64,000 nucleotides of DNA, taken from the NCBI GenBank assembly GCA_964465045.1, contig CAYXJS010000001.1, positions 54,924 to 118,923 on the forward strand, written 5' to 3'. Source of the DNA: an uncultured Bacteroidales bacterium (GTDB lineage: Bacteria; Bacteroidota; Bacteroidia; Bacteroidales; JAIPAH01). Position numbers and translations under genes: made by a program. The notes below the pieces were generated by a model, which saw nothing but the letters and a program-made list of their open reading frames with translations, was not told the DNA's origin and made no database searches. Below, one piece after another: positions 1 to 9,607 of this stretch (positions within the stretch are counted from its first letter, which is position 1; each line of letters starts with the position of its first letter).

Positions 1-2382
1 GCTGCCATCGGTCAGAAAACACAGGTCGATTTTATTGAAGACATTAATGAAAATGCAGATGCAGGAGCGCTGGAACTAAACCGATGGGGCGATATCGATG
101 CCAACCCGGACACGCTGCAAACCGGTATCCCGGATGTTTTTGCTGCAGGCGACGGTGTTACCGGACCAGCTACTATTATAGAAGCCATAGCGCAGGCTAA
201 ACTAGCCTCGCACAGCGCTAACCAGTTTGTTAATGGCATAAAGGATATACAACCCCCGAAAAAAGAATTTTTCAGCAAAAAGGAAAATTTCCGCGAACAA
301 AAGCCTGAGGACTATAAAGGCCATTTTGCAGAGCAAAAACGGGAGGAGATGCCCACGTTGCCTCCAGGTTCAAGAGTAAACTTTAAAGAAGTGGAGCTGG
401 GATACAACGATGAGAATGTAGCCAGGCATGAAGCACAAAGATGTCTGGAGTGCGGATGCGATGCACTGTATGAATGTGATCTGAAAAAATATTCTACAGA
501 ATATGAAGCAGAACAAACTTCTTATGCCGGCGATTACAATGAATTTAAAGTTGATTTCAGGCATCCCTTTATAGAAATCGACAGCAACAAATGCATATTA
601 TGCTCACGCTGCATCAGGATGTGCAAAGAAGTAGTCGGGGCAAACGCACTGGGATTAATCAACCGGGGCTTTAACACATATGTGGCGCCCACTTTGGGAG
701 ATGCCCTGCAAGACACTTCCTGCGAATCGTGTGGCATGTGCATAGAGGCGTGTCCTACAGGAGCAATAACGGAAAATGTGGCTTTCAAACCCGGACCGGT
801 AAAAACGGAAGTCATAAAAACACCGGATTATTTTGGATCAGAGGGATTCTTCTTTGGACTGAAAGAGCGAAATAAGTTTTGGTATGGCGCTCAGGCTATT
901 GATGATGATGCAAACGTTCAAAAGCTTATTAGCCCGCAAGCCAAATTTGGATATACTTTGCTAAATAATGCCAAACGGATTACCAAGCCAATGAAGAAAA
1001 CGGATAAAGGCTGGGAAACCATCTCTTTTGAGGATGCTTATGAACTTATTCACCAAAAAATTAAAGAAGTTAAACCGGATGAAAATGCCTTTTTTGCAGG
1101 AGCACGCCTAACCAATGAGGAGCTCTATCTGGTTCAAAAACTGGCTCGCGGGGCAGCCAAAACCAACAACATCAACAGTTTCCACTACCTAAACCGTGGA
1201 GACGGATATTTTAATATCAGCCACATGAATGTGCCTTTTGAGGAATTAAAAAAAGCCCAAAAGATAGTGGTTATGGGTACCGACCTGGCCGAAGACCATC
1301 CTGTTACAGGTTATCTCATTAACCAGGCTCGCAACAATGGCACTGAAGTAGTTTATGTAACCAATCGTGAGAAGGGCAACGTGTATAAAAAAGCAGATAA
1401 GGTTATACCGGTCAACTCCATTCATTCATACGTAAGGGCAGTCAATCATTACCTTGTATCCAACCACATGGAAAACGGCCTTTTCATAAAAGACCATATA
1501 AAACATTTCGGGGAATTCCGTCAGCAGTTGCTTTCGCTTGATTTTGATGAGCTTTATGCTCACGCCAAACCTTGCTGTATGGACCACTTTGTTGAGTTTG
1601 CAAAATCAATTAATGAAACAGAAAAGACTGTATTTGTTTTCTCCGAGAAACAGCTTTCTTCCAATGCGGCCATTGAAATCCGAAACATGACCATAATTAC
1701 GGGGAAGCTCGGGAAAACCGCTTCCGGTATGCTTGCATTGAAAGAAAAGAACAATGCACAAGGCCTGGCAGACATGGGTATCAACAGCGATTACGGCGTG
1801 GGGGGCTTGCCTCTGAAAGAAGCCTTAATCAATAAAATGAAAAAGGTATGGAATATTTCCGATATTCCTGACAATCATACTGATATAAATACATTGCTGC
1901 AAAAGCAAACGCTGAAGAACCTGTTTATTTTTGGTGAAGATCCCGTAGGCTGCGCTAAAGACAAGACTGCTATAGAAAAATTAATCCCAAAGAATGCATT
2001 TATGGTTATTCAGGATTATTTTATGACTGAAACAGCCGAAAAGGCCGATTTAATTCTGCCTGCGGCCTGGCCGGTAGAATCTTCAGGAAGCTTCACGAAT
2101 ACGCAGAAGCATATTCAGATGTTTGAAAAACAAACGGAATCGCCATTAACACATGACAATGCCGAGCAGTTGATTCATTTGCTGAAAAAGTTCGGGATGA
2201 ATGGCATTAGCAACAGCGAGGAAGCGCTTAATGAAGCCTTTAGCCTGATTGCAGGTTATGAAAATGAACCGCTGAAAACAATACTCACAGACCAGGACAA
2301 TTCAACAAACTTGTTTAATTATGGATGCGACACAGTGAATAAACGTGTTGAAGAAGCCTTTATACAGAAAGGTGTAAAGTAA
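1..2382 (+). CDS. Multidomain oxidoreductase, 5'-truncated at the window edge: GltD-like FAD/NAD(P) domain tail, Fe-S motifs, and a degenerate molybdopterin-oxidoreductase (NuoG/FdhA-like) domain
   Basis: Frame 1 is open from base 1 and continuous with tracked ORF 349..2382. The upstream part reads ...GIPDVFAAGDGVTGPATIIEAIAQAKLAS. Cys motifs CLECGC, CILCSRCIRMC and CESCGMCIEACPTGA are present. MopB-like stretches include FFAGARLTNEELYLVQKLAR and ADLILPAAWPVESSGSFTN. Confidence 0.75.
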   Translation, partial: AAIGQKTQVDFIEDINENADAGALELNRWGDIDANPDTLQTGIPDVFAAGDGVTGPATIIEAIAQAKLASHSANQFVNGIKDIQPPKKEFFSKKENFREQKPEDYKGHFAEQKREEMPTLPPGSRVNFKEVELGYNDENVARHEAQRCLECGCDALYECDLKKYSTEYEAEQTSYAGDYNEFKVDFRHPFIEIDSNKCILCSRCIRMCKEVVGANALGLINRGFNTYVAPTLGDALQDTSCESCGMCIEACPTGAITENVAFKPGPVKTEVIKTPDYFGSEGFFFGLKERNKFWYGAQAIDDDANVQKLISPQAKFGYTLLNNAKRITKPMKKTDKGWETISFEDAYELIHQKIKEVKPDENAFFAGARLTNEELYLVQKLARGAAKTNNINSFHYLNRGDGYFNISHMNVPFEELKKAQKIVVMGTDLAEDHPVTGYLINQARNNGTEVVYVTNREKGNVYKKADKVIPVNSIHSYVRAVNHYLVSNHMENGLFIKDHIKHFGEFRQQLLSLDFDELYAHAKPCCMDHFVEFAKSINETEKTVFVFSEKQLSSNAAIEIRNMTIITGKLGKTASGMLALKEKNNAQGLADMGINSDYGVGGLPLKEALINKMKKVWNISDIPDNHTDINTLLQKQTLKNLFIFGEDPVGCAKDKTAIEKLIPKNAFMVIQDYFMTETAEKADLILPAAWPVESSGSFTNTQKHIQMFEKQTESPLTHDNAEQLIHLLKKFGMNGISNSEEALNEAFSLIAGYENEPLKTILTDQDNSTNLFNYGCDTVNKRVEEAFIQKGVK

Positions 2383-2404
2383 ATTTTAAAAACCATGAGA
2401 ACTT

Positions 2405-2444
2405 GCCCGCCATGCAATTATTTATTGCTTGGCGGGTTCTTTTT
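2405..2444 (+). terminator. Possible intrinsic terminator of the oxidoreductase gene
   Basis: GCCCGCC (2405-2411) pairs with GGCGGGT (2431-2437), followed by TCTTTTT. The loop is long (19 nt) and the element overlaps the 3' end of the convergent CDS. Confidence 0.3.
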
Positions 2445-3803
2445 GAGATAACTCTTTATTTCACCAAGCGCCGAGCTTTTTGTCAGGATGATTTTATCCT
2501 TATCCAGCAGAAAATACGAAGGCGTTCCGTAAACGCGGTAATCATCAACTACAGGAGATTCCCACCCTTGTAATGTAGAGAGATGAACTGCAGTGACATC
2601 TTGCGCTGCAGCTTTCCAGGCTTCTTCCTCATTGTCTAGCGATACAGCCACAACTTCAACGGAATCACTAAACTGACGATTAAAAGCTTCTAAATCCGGC
2701 AACATATCCATACAATGCGGACACCAACTTGCCCAAAAAACAAGCAAAACATATTTATTTTCAATATCATCCAACGAAACCAAGTTGCCTTCCCGGTTTG
2801 GCATACTCAGAGACGGGGCCTTCTTTCCCAAAGCGACATCATTAATACCCGAAAGTTTTTCCTGCATTGCTTCTCTTCGCTCTTCATTGATACAATCAAG
2901 CTCTGCTTTTGTCCGTTCAGCGATATGTTGCACTAAGGTTTCAAAACCAAAGCGCTGGAATCCCTCCAGTAAAAAGTTCACAGAAAAATCAAATACTTCC
3001 GGATTATCCTTAGTATGTTTCAGAATTGTATCCACAGCAACCATAAAAGCCTTTTCCTGCTGCTTTTGATTAAAATGCTTTTCGCGATAGAACCCCAGGT
3101 ACTCCAACAACTGATCAGGAAAAAACCGGCTACGCAATATGGATGATTTACTATAATCCTTATTCCTGAAGAACCGGGCTTTTCTTATTTGCCGGTAAGC
3201 GTCCAGGGTGGTAAGGGTATCAATCTCTACTGCTTTTTCATTCTGCATAAGCAAACGCATAAAACCAGAAGCATTCTCGAGTAAATTGTTTACCGTATCA
3301 TTGTGCTCAGCAGCAAGATTCATGTATTTGCTTAAAGCTTGTTGATAGAATGGGTCCTCCGGAGGGTATCCGGCTAAAAAATCCTCTAAGGCTTTTTGTT
3401 TATAGCGGATATAAGACTTTGCTAACATATAGCGGTGATAATTCCGGGTAGAACTGGATTGGTGAACTTCCAGATTCTCACGGATCCCTTCATAATCCGT
3501 AGTAATGCGAATGTCTTCTCCGTTATAAACCAATTCCAGGTGTTTTTCACCGCCGGGCTCTGCAACCCGGTAAACGCCGTGAGGCGTACCTAAAGGAATC
3601 TGGTAAACCCAAGTTTTTCCCTCAAAAGTATCAATTGTATCAATTACATGATAATCATCTCCATACAAAGAAACCCAGAACCATTCGGTTTGAGGATATT
3701 TATCTACCTCCAGATATATTGTATGGTGATCCTGAGCCTGCAAAAAAGTGGCACTTGTCAATGCTAAAAAAAAGGCTAAAACGGAACTGCGGTTAACGCT
3801 CAT
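2418..3803 (-). CDS. TlpA/AhpC-TSA family thiol:disulfide oxidoreductase with a long N-terminal helical domain, secreted
   Basis: Signal peptide MSVNRSSVLAFFLALTSATFLQAQ. C-terminal thioredoxin fold with a WASWCPHC active-site motif. Confidence 0.8.
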   Translation of the reverse strand: MSVNRSSVLAFFLALTSATFLQAQDHHTIYLEVDKYPQTEWFWVSLYGDDYHVIDTIDTFEGKTWVYQIPLGTPHGVYRVAEPGGEKHLELVYNGEDIRITTDYEGIRENLEVHQSSSTRNYHRYMLAKSYIRYKQKALEDFLAGYPPEDPFYQQALSKYMNLAAEHNDTVNNLLENASGFMRLLMQNEKAVEIDTLTTLDAYRQIRKARFFRNKDYSKSSILRSRFFPDQLLEYLGFYREKHFNQKQQEKAFMVAVDTILKHTKDNPEVFDFSVNFLLEGFQRFGFETLVQHIAERTKAELDCINEERREAMQEKLSGINDVALGKKAPSLSMPNREGNLVSLDDIENKYVLLVFWASWCPHCMDMLPDLEAFNRQFSDSVEVVAVSLDNEEEAWKAAAQDVTAVHLSTLQGWESPVVDDYRVYGTPSYFLLDKDKIILTKSSALGEIKSYLKKNPPSNK

Positions 3804-3822
3804 ATATTTCTTTTACCGGAAA

Positions 3823-5367
3823 TCAATTTTTTACGCAACGCACAGAAATGGCACGATCTTTATCGCTATAATTAAAGAAAACCCCGTCAAGCTCATCATC
3901 AAAATGTATCAGTAAGGCCTCGTCTTCGTCAAGTTGAGTTGAGCTCCAGTAATATCCTTTTAAATCAAGCCCCTCATAATTTTCAGAAGTATTTCTGGTT
4001 CCTGCCAGCAATGCATCAAAACCAGAATTTCCGCCTTCTTTCAGTCGTTTACCAGCAGCAAAGTTGCCTCCAAAATAATCCACAAGATAATGCCATTCAT
4101 TTTCTGAGGGGACATGCCAACCTTCCGGACATATTCCACCCACTTCCTCGTTCTGCGTATATTGCATCATCTCATCCCACTGATACAATCCGCCATATTC
4201 ATCACAATTATTTTCATTATCCTGGTAGCAGAACTTCTCGGTGGTGTTATTATCCTCAGCCTGGCCACCTGTTATCACCTCACCATAATCCAGGTTTTCA
4301 GCCATCCAGCATTGCACCCCTACCTGTATTGCCTCATAAGTTTTATCATTTCTTTGATCTGTGAACGATGAAGGACAATCCGGGTCTTGGGAGCCTGTAG
4401 TAAATTCCCATAATTCTCCTTCAGCAGATTCTCCGTCAGGATCAAAGGCAATTATTTTCCAGTAATATGTAGTATTAGCTGATAAGGTTTCTGGTGTGTA
4501 CTGTGTGTCGGTATAATTTGCTTCAACAAGCGTTGGATTTTCAGAAGTTCCAAAATAAATTTCATATTCCAGTTCATCACCGTTCGGGTCGCTTGCGCGC
4601 CACTCCAGAAATGGGTTTAGGGACCTGTTTTCACTCAAAGGCTCGGGATAAGGCGCTGTAGGTTTGTTGGGAGGCTTATTGGTTTCCTCATCCGATTCCT
4701 GCGTAGTGAATTGCCAAAGAAGGCTGCTTTCCTCATCATCATCCTCGTTATGGGCTTCTACACGCCAGTAGTAAGTTGTGTTTTTATCCAGGCTGTCAGA
4801 AGGAGTATAGGAAGTTTCTTCCAGGTCTTCAGCGACAATTCCGGGATTTTCGGATGTTCCCAGGTAGACATCAAACAACCAGTCCTGGTTTTCATCTTCA
4901 ACCGACCATCGTAAACGAGGTACCAATGAAACATCGTCGCTATCATCGGGCGGGAAACTCAAACTAACCGTTTCATCACCGTTGTCTCCACCACCTGACC
5001 CGGTCTGTACTTCAATAGATTGGGTAGTATGTTCCACGCTCGTATAGCCCTGATTATTTCTTACCTTTAAAACCACTTCATAGATATTGGATGATTCAAA
5101 CTGATGAATGATTGTGCTGTTATCCGTAACTTCATCCCACTCACCGTCATTATCAAAGTCCCAGTAATAATCCGTTATATAACAATTATCACATGAGCCG
5201 GGATAACTCTCCTCGGCATCAAACGTAACAGGCTCTTCTGTGTCGGCAGGATCAGGATTAAAGGTAAAAGAAGCTTCGGGCGGTTCAACCTCTTCTGTAC
5301 AGCTAACCGCAACAAAAATCAGGCATAATCCTGATAAAAAAAGCCCAAGGGTTCGAATGTTTTTCAT
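3823..5367 (-). CDS. FISUMP-domain lipoprotein with an N-terminal PKD-like domain and two tandem ~76-aa Fn3-like repeats
   Basis: Lipobox at MKNIRTLGLFLSGLCLIFVAVSC. A -7 box at 5392..5399 favours ATG 5367 over the tracked 5448. The C-terminus (CWMAENLDYG...GGLYQWDE...CPEGWHVPS) is typical of the Fibrobacter succinogenes major paralogous domain. Confidence 0.75.
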   Translation of the reverse strand: MKNIRTLGLFLSGLCLIFVAVSCTEEVEPPEASFTFNPDPADTEEPVTFDAEESYPGSCDNCYITDYYWDFDNDGEWDEVTDNSTIIHQFESSNIYEVVLKVRNNQGYTSVEHTTQSIEVQTGSGGGDNGDETVSLSFPPDDSDDVSLVPRLRWSVEDENQDWLFDVYLGTSENPGIVAEDLEETSYTPSDSLDKNTTYYWRVEAHNEDDDEESSLLWQFTTQESDEETNKPPNKPTAPYPEPLSENRSLNPFLEWRASDPNGDELEYEIYFGTSENPTLVEANYTDTQYTPETLSANTTYYWKIIAFDPDGESAEGELWEFTTGSQDPDCPSSFTDQRNDKTYEAIQVGVQCWMAENLDYGEVITGGQAEDNNTTEKFCYQDNENNCDEYGGLYQWDEMMQYTQNEEVGGICPEGWHVPSENEWHYLVDYFGGNFAAGKRLKEGGNSGFDALLAGTRNTSENYEGLDLKGYYWSSTQLDEDEALLIHFDDELDGVFFNYSDKDRAISVRCVKN

Positions 5368-5391
5368 TACATATGATTTTGGCATTATCCA

Positions 5392-5399
5392 CAAAAATA
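5392..5399 (-). promoter_or_regulatory. Bacteroidota-type -7 promoter box (TATTTTTG on the minus strand)
   Basis: Exact match to TAnnTTTG, 24 nt upstream of ATG 5367. Confidence 0.45.
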
Positions 5400-5653
5400 C
5401 AACGGAATAAAATCTTGTCAAAGTAAGGATGCTATTTCTTTTCAACATAGATTTTAACTCAAGCGCTTAACTGAGGCAAATAAAGAAGAAAAAACCATCG
5501 TACCACAATCGGTTGCATTTAATCTAAAATCGTTATAAATTACGCGTATGTAGCTATTTAGAAAGGATACGACCTCAATATTTCTTAATTTCGCTGTGTA
5601 AAACACAGAAATATAAACGGCTTAAGAATAAGCCTTTCTAAATAATAAGTTCT

Positions 5654-8600
5654 ATGAAAAAACAGAAAAAATTCATCACATGCGACGGGAACTATGCTGC
5701 AGCGCATGTAGCATATATGTTCAGTGAAGTAGCGGCGATATATCCGATTACGCCTTCTTCTAACATGGCAGAATATGTAGATGAGTGGGCAGCCAGCGGA
5801 CGTACAAATATTTTCGGTGAGCCCGTAGAAGTATCAGAGCTCCAGTCTGAAGGCGGAGCCTCAGGCGCTGTACACGGAGCCCTTCAGGGTGGCGCACTCA
5901 CAAGCACATTTACAGCCTCACAAGGCTTGCTTTTAATGATTCCTAACATGTATAAGATATCCGGCGAACTACTGCCAGGCGTGTTCCATGTAAGTGCACG
6001 TAGCATAGCCGCGCAGGCACTTTCCATTTTTGGAGACCACTCCGACGTAATGAGTACGCGGATGACCGGTTTTGCTATGCTGGCCAGCAGCAGTATCCAG
6101 GAGATTATGGATATCGCTGGCATTGCACACTTGACGGCCATCAAAACACGCATTCCTTTCCTTCACTTCTTTGACGGTTTCAGAACCTCTCACGAAATTC
6201 AGAAAGTAGAATATTTTGATAAAGAAGATCTTGAGCCTTTACTCGATAAAGAAGCTTTACAAAAATTCCGTGATAACGCCCTCAACCCGGAGCACCCGGT
6301 TACAAGAGGAACAGCACAGAACCCGGATATCTATTTCCAAACCCGGGAGGTTGCTAACAATTTCTATGAAAGAGTTCCGGATGCTGTAGAAGACTACATG
6401 CAGGAGATCTCAAAGCTTTGCGGTCGTGAGTATCACCCATTCAACTATTATGGCCATAAAGAAGCTGAAGAAGTCATCATTGCTATGGGCTCTGGTGCAG
6501 ATACCGTAAAAGAAGTGGTAGACGCTAAAGTGAAAAACGGCGAAAAAGTGGGTATGATAAACGTACACCTGTACCGTCCTTTTTCTGAAAAGTATTTCTT
6601 CAAAGCCATGCCGGAAAGCGTTAAGCGGATTGCAGTGCTTGACAGAACCAAAGAACCCGGCTCAGTGGGAGAACCACTTTACCAGGATGTAAAAACCGTG
6701 TATTATGATAAGAAAAACCAGCCATTGATTATTGGAGGCCGCTATGGTCTGTCTTCAAAAGATACCACACCGGCCCAAATCGTTGCTGTTTTTGACAACC
6801 TCCGTCAGAAAGAACCTAAAAACAACTTTACCATTGGTATCAACGACGACGTTACATACTTGTCACTTCCAATCGGAAAAGAAATCTCAGTAGTTCCGGA
6901 GGGAACTTTTGAAGGTAAATTCTGGGGAATCGGTTCTGACGGAACAGTAGGAGCTAATAAAAACTCCATCAAAATTATCGGAGAAAACACAGATAAATTT
7001 GCTCAGGCTTATTTCTCCTATGATTCCAAAAAATCAGGTGGTGTAACTATTTCTCACCTCCGTTTTGGTAACCATCCGATAAAATCGCCTTACCTGGTTA
7101 ACAGCCCGGACTTTGTGGCCTGTCACGTACCCGCTTATCTTGGTCAGTATGACATGCTTAAAGGGCTCAAAAAAGGCGGTACATTCCTGCTCAACAGCAT
7201 TTGGGATGAAAAAGAAACGCTCAATCATCTGCCAAATTCCATGAAAAAATTCATGGCAGACAACGACATCCAGTTTTACATTATCAATGCTACAAAGATT
7301 GCTGAGGAAATTGGTCTTGGAAACCGCACTAACACCATTATGCAATCAGCTTTCTTTAAGCTGGCAAAAGTAATTCCGGAAGAACAAGCCATCGATGAGA
7401 TGAAAAAAGCCATCAAGAAAACTTTCGGCATGAAAGGTGAGGAGATCGTAAACATGAACTTTGCGGCTGTTGACAAAGGCGCGGAAAATGTACATCACAT
7501 CAAGGTAGACCCTGCCTGGAAACAGCTCGATCCGAAAGATAATACCATAGATGCTGATGTGCCCGATTTCATCAAGAATGTAGTACAGCCGATGAACGCT
7601 CAAAAAGGAGATGACCTTCCTGTAAGTGCATTCCTGAACCGCGAAGACGGAACATTCCCGGCCGGAACAACTGAATATGAAAAACGCGGTATTGCAGTTA
7701 ATATTCCGGAATGGCAAGAAGACCAATGCATCCAGTGTAACCAGTGTGCGTATGTATGTCCTCACGCTGCCATTCGTCCATGGCTAATCAATGAAGAAGA
7801 AAAGAAAAACATGCCGGAAGGCACTGTAACCATCCCTGCCAAAGGCAAAAATTTTGCCGGTCTGGATTACAGAATTCAGGTTGCTGCGCTCGACTGCACA
7901 GGTTGTGGTGTTTGTGTGGATGTTTGTCCAACCAAGGAAAAAGCACTGGTGATGAAGCCACTTGACGATCAGCAAGACCAAATTGAAAAGTGGGATTACT
8001 TTGCCAACCATGTTTCATACAAAGACAACCTGGTGCCGAAAGACCGCACCGTGAAAAACTCGCAGTTTGCACAGCCTTTGTTTGAGTTCTCCGGCGCTTG
8101 TGCCGGTTGCGGTGAAACACCATACGTTAAAGCCATCACACAATTGTTTGGTGAGCGTATGATGATAGCAAACGCTACAGGATGTTCCTCTATTTACGGA
8201 GGTTCCGCTCCTTCTACGCCATATTGCGAGCATAAAGAAAGCGGACACGGCCCTGCATGGGCAAACTCGCTGTTTGAAGACAACGCAGAATATGGTTATG
8301 GTATGGCTTTGGCTGTTAACAATCAGCGCCGTCGCATTGCCAACATCATGCGCGAGGCATCTAAGAACGGCATCTCTGAAGAAACTAAAGCCGCTTTTGA
8401 TGAGTGGATTGAGAATATGGATGACGCCAATGGCTCCGTAGAGGCAACCTCAAAAGTTATCAAGGCTATACAGGGAAGCAAGGAACCATACGCTAAAACA
8501 ATCCTGGACCTGAAACAATACCTCATCAAAAAATCCAACTGGATTATTGGTGGCGACGGATGGGCCTATGATATCGGTTATGGCGGATTAGACCATGTGT

Positions 8601-9202
8601 TGGCTTCTGGTGAAGATGTTAATGTATTGGTGCTGGATACAGAAGTGTATTCCAACACCGGCGGTCAATCCTCCAAGGCCACTCCGGCAGGAGCCGTAGC
8701 CAAGTTTGCCGCTTCCGGTAAGAAAATCCGTAAAAAAGACCTTGGCGTTATGGCCATGAGTTACGGATATGTATACGTTGCCCAGGTAGCTATGGGTGCA
8801 AGCCAGTCGCAGTTTTTCAAAGCCATGAAAGAAGCGGAAGCTTACCCCGGACCATCAGTTATTATTGCTTATTCTCCATGTATTGCCCACGGCATCCGTG
8901 CTGGCATGGGCATGTCTCAGGAAGAACAAGACAAAGCAGTTAAAGCAGGCTACTGGCATAATTATCGCTACAACCCGCTTGAAGAAGCTGAAGGAAAGAA
9001 TCCGTTCACGCTTGATTCTAAAGAGCCGGACTGGTCTCAATTCCAGAACTTCCTGAATGGTGAAGTGCGCTATACAGCCCTCAAGAAAGGTTTCCCGGAA
9101 GAAGCCCGCAAGCTGTTTGCTGAAGCAGAAGCCAATGCAAAATGGCGTTATGAAAGCTATAAGCGCATGGCCGGGATGGACTATTCCAAAAAAGAAGAAT
9201 AA
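5654..9202 (+). CDS. nifJ: Pyruvate:ferredoxin (flavodoxin) oxidoreductase
   Basis: 1182 aa, single-chain PFOR architecture. Two ferredoxin motifs (CIQCNQCAYVCPHAA, CTGCGVCVDVCP) and a TPP-binding region GGDGWAYDIGYGGLDH. Confidence 0.95.
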   Translation: MKKQKKFITCDGNYAAAHVAYMFSEVAAIYPITPSSNMAEYVDEWAASGRTNIFGEPVEVSELQSEGGASGAVHGALQGGALTSTFTASQGLLLMIPNMYKISGELLPGVFHVSARSIAAQALSIFGDHSDVMSTRMTGFAMLASSSIQEIMDIAGIAHLTAIKTRIPFLHFFDGFRTSHEIQKVEYFDKEDLEPLLDKEALQKFRDNALNPEHPVTRGTAQNPDIYFQTREVANNFYERVPDAVEDYMQEISKLCGREYHPFNYYGHKEAEEVIIAMGSGADTVKEVVDAKVKNGEKVGMINVHLYRPFSEKYFFKAMPESVKRIAVLDRTKEPGSVGEPLYQDVKTVYYDKKNQPLIIGGRYGLSSKDTTPAQIVAVFDNLRQKEPKNNFTIGINDDVTYLSLPIGKEISVVPEGTFEGKFWGIGSDGTVGANKNSIKIIGENTDKFAQAYFSYDSKKSGGVTISHLRFGNHPIKSPYLVNSPDFVACHVPAYLGQYDMLKGLKKGGTFLLNSIWDEKETLNHLPNSMKKFMADNDIQFYIINATKIAEEIGLGNRTNTIMQSAFFKLAKVIPEEQAIDEMKKAIKKTFGMKGEEIVNMNFAAVDKGAENVHHIKVDPAWKQLDPKDNTIDADVPDFIKNVVQPMNAQKGDDLPVSAFLNREDGTFPAGTTEYEKRGIAVNIPEWQEDQCIQCNQCAYVCPHAAIRPWLINEEEKKNMPEGTVTIPAKGKNFAGLDYRIQVAALDCTGCGVCVDVCPTKEKALVMKPLDDQQDQIEKWDYFANHVSYKDNLVPKDRTVKNSQFAQPLFEFSGACAGCGETPYVKAITQLFGERMMIANATGCSSIYGGSAPSTPYCEHKESGHGPAWANSLFEDNAEYGYGMALAVNNQRRRIANIMREASKNGISEETKAAFDEWIENMDDANGSVEATSKVIKAIQGSKEPYAKTILDLKQYLIKKSNWIIGGDGWAYDIGYGGLDHVLASGEDVNVLVLDTEVYSNTGGQSSKATPAGAVAKFAASGKKIRKKDLGVMAMSYGYVYVAQVAMGASQSQFFKAMKEAEAYPGPSVIIAYSPCIAHGIRAGMGMSQEEQDKAVKAGYWHNYRYNPLEEAEGKNPFTLDSKEPDWSQFQNFLNGEVRYTALKKGFPEEARKLFAEAEANAKWRYESYKRMAGMDYSKKEE

Positions 9203-9228
9203 AGTAAATTCTTTGATATTTCATGAAA

Positions 9229-9259
9229 GAAAGGTACCCATAAGGTGCCTTTCTTTTTT
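9229..9259 (+). terminator. Intrinsic terminator after PFOR
   Basis: GAAAGGTACC / GGTGCCTTTC 10-bp stem (one G-U pair), CATAA loop, T6 run. Confidence 0.7.
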
Positions 9260-9306
9260 ATTTGATATCAACATAATGTTCATTAGAATTGTTGTAAAAA
9301 GAAAAA

Positions 9307-9549
9307 ATGGCAGATAAGGCTATCGAAAGAAAATTTCACCAGGTATTTGATGATGTCTGTGCTTATGTGGACGAACAGAGACGCAGCACCGATTTCACGC
9401 TAACGGATTTAAAAAATATGCTCGAAACAGAGTACGTCAATGAAGGCAATGGATGGATAGGTCGCGGAGAAGTGCAGGACGCCGTTCACTCTGCAACGAT
9501 TGCTGCTTATCAGCAAAAAATTGCAGAATGGGAAAAAGAGCAGGACTAA
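9307..9549 (+). CDS. Hypothetical small acidic protein (80 aa)
   Basis: The ORF has a plausible non-repetitive composition and no family was recognised. It lies in an otherwise empty gap. Confidence 0.45.
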   Translation: MADKAIERKFHQVFDDVCAYVDEQRRSTDFTLTDLKNMLETEYVNEGNGWIGRGEVQDAVHSATIAAYQQKIAEWEKEQD

Positions 9550-9607
9550 CAGGCTTAATAAGCCGGAATTATTTTATATTTATCCTCTTAAAACAGCTTA
9601 TTTTATT

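Noticed and set aside
12-278. 88-aa minus-strand ORF at the left edge
   Set aside because: It is antisense to the plus-strand frame-1 reading frame, which is open from base 1 and encodes a recognisable FAD/NAD(P) oxidoreductase tail continuous with ORF 349..2382.
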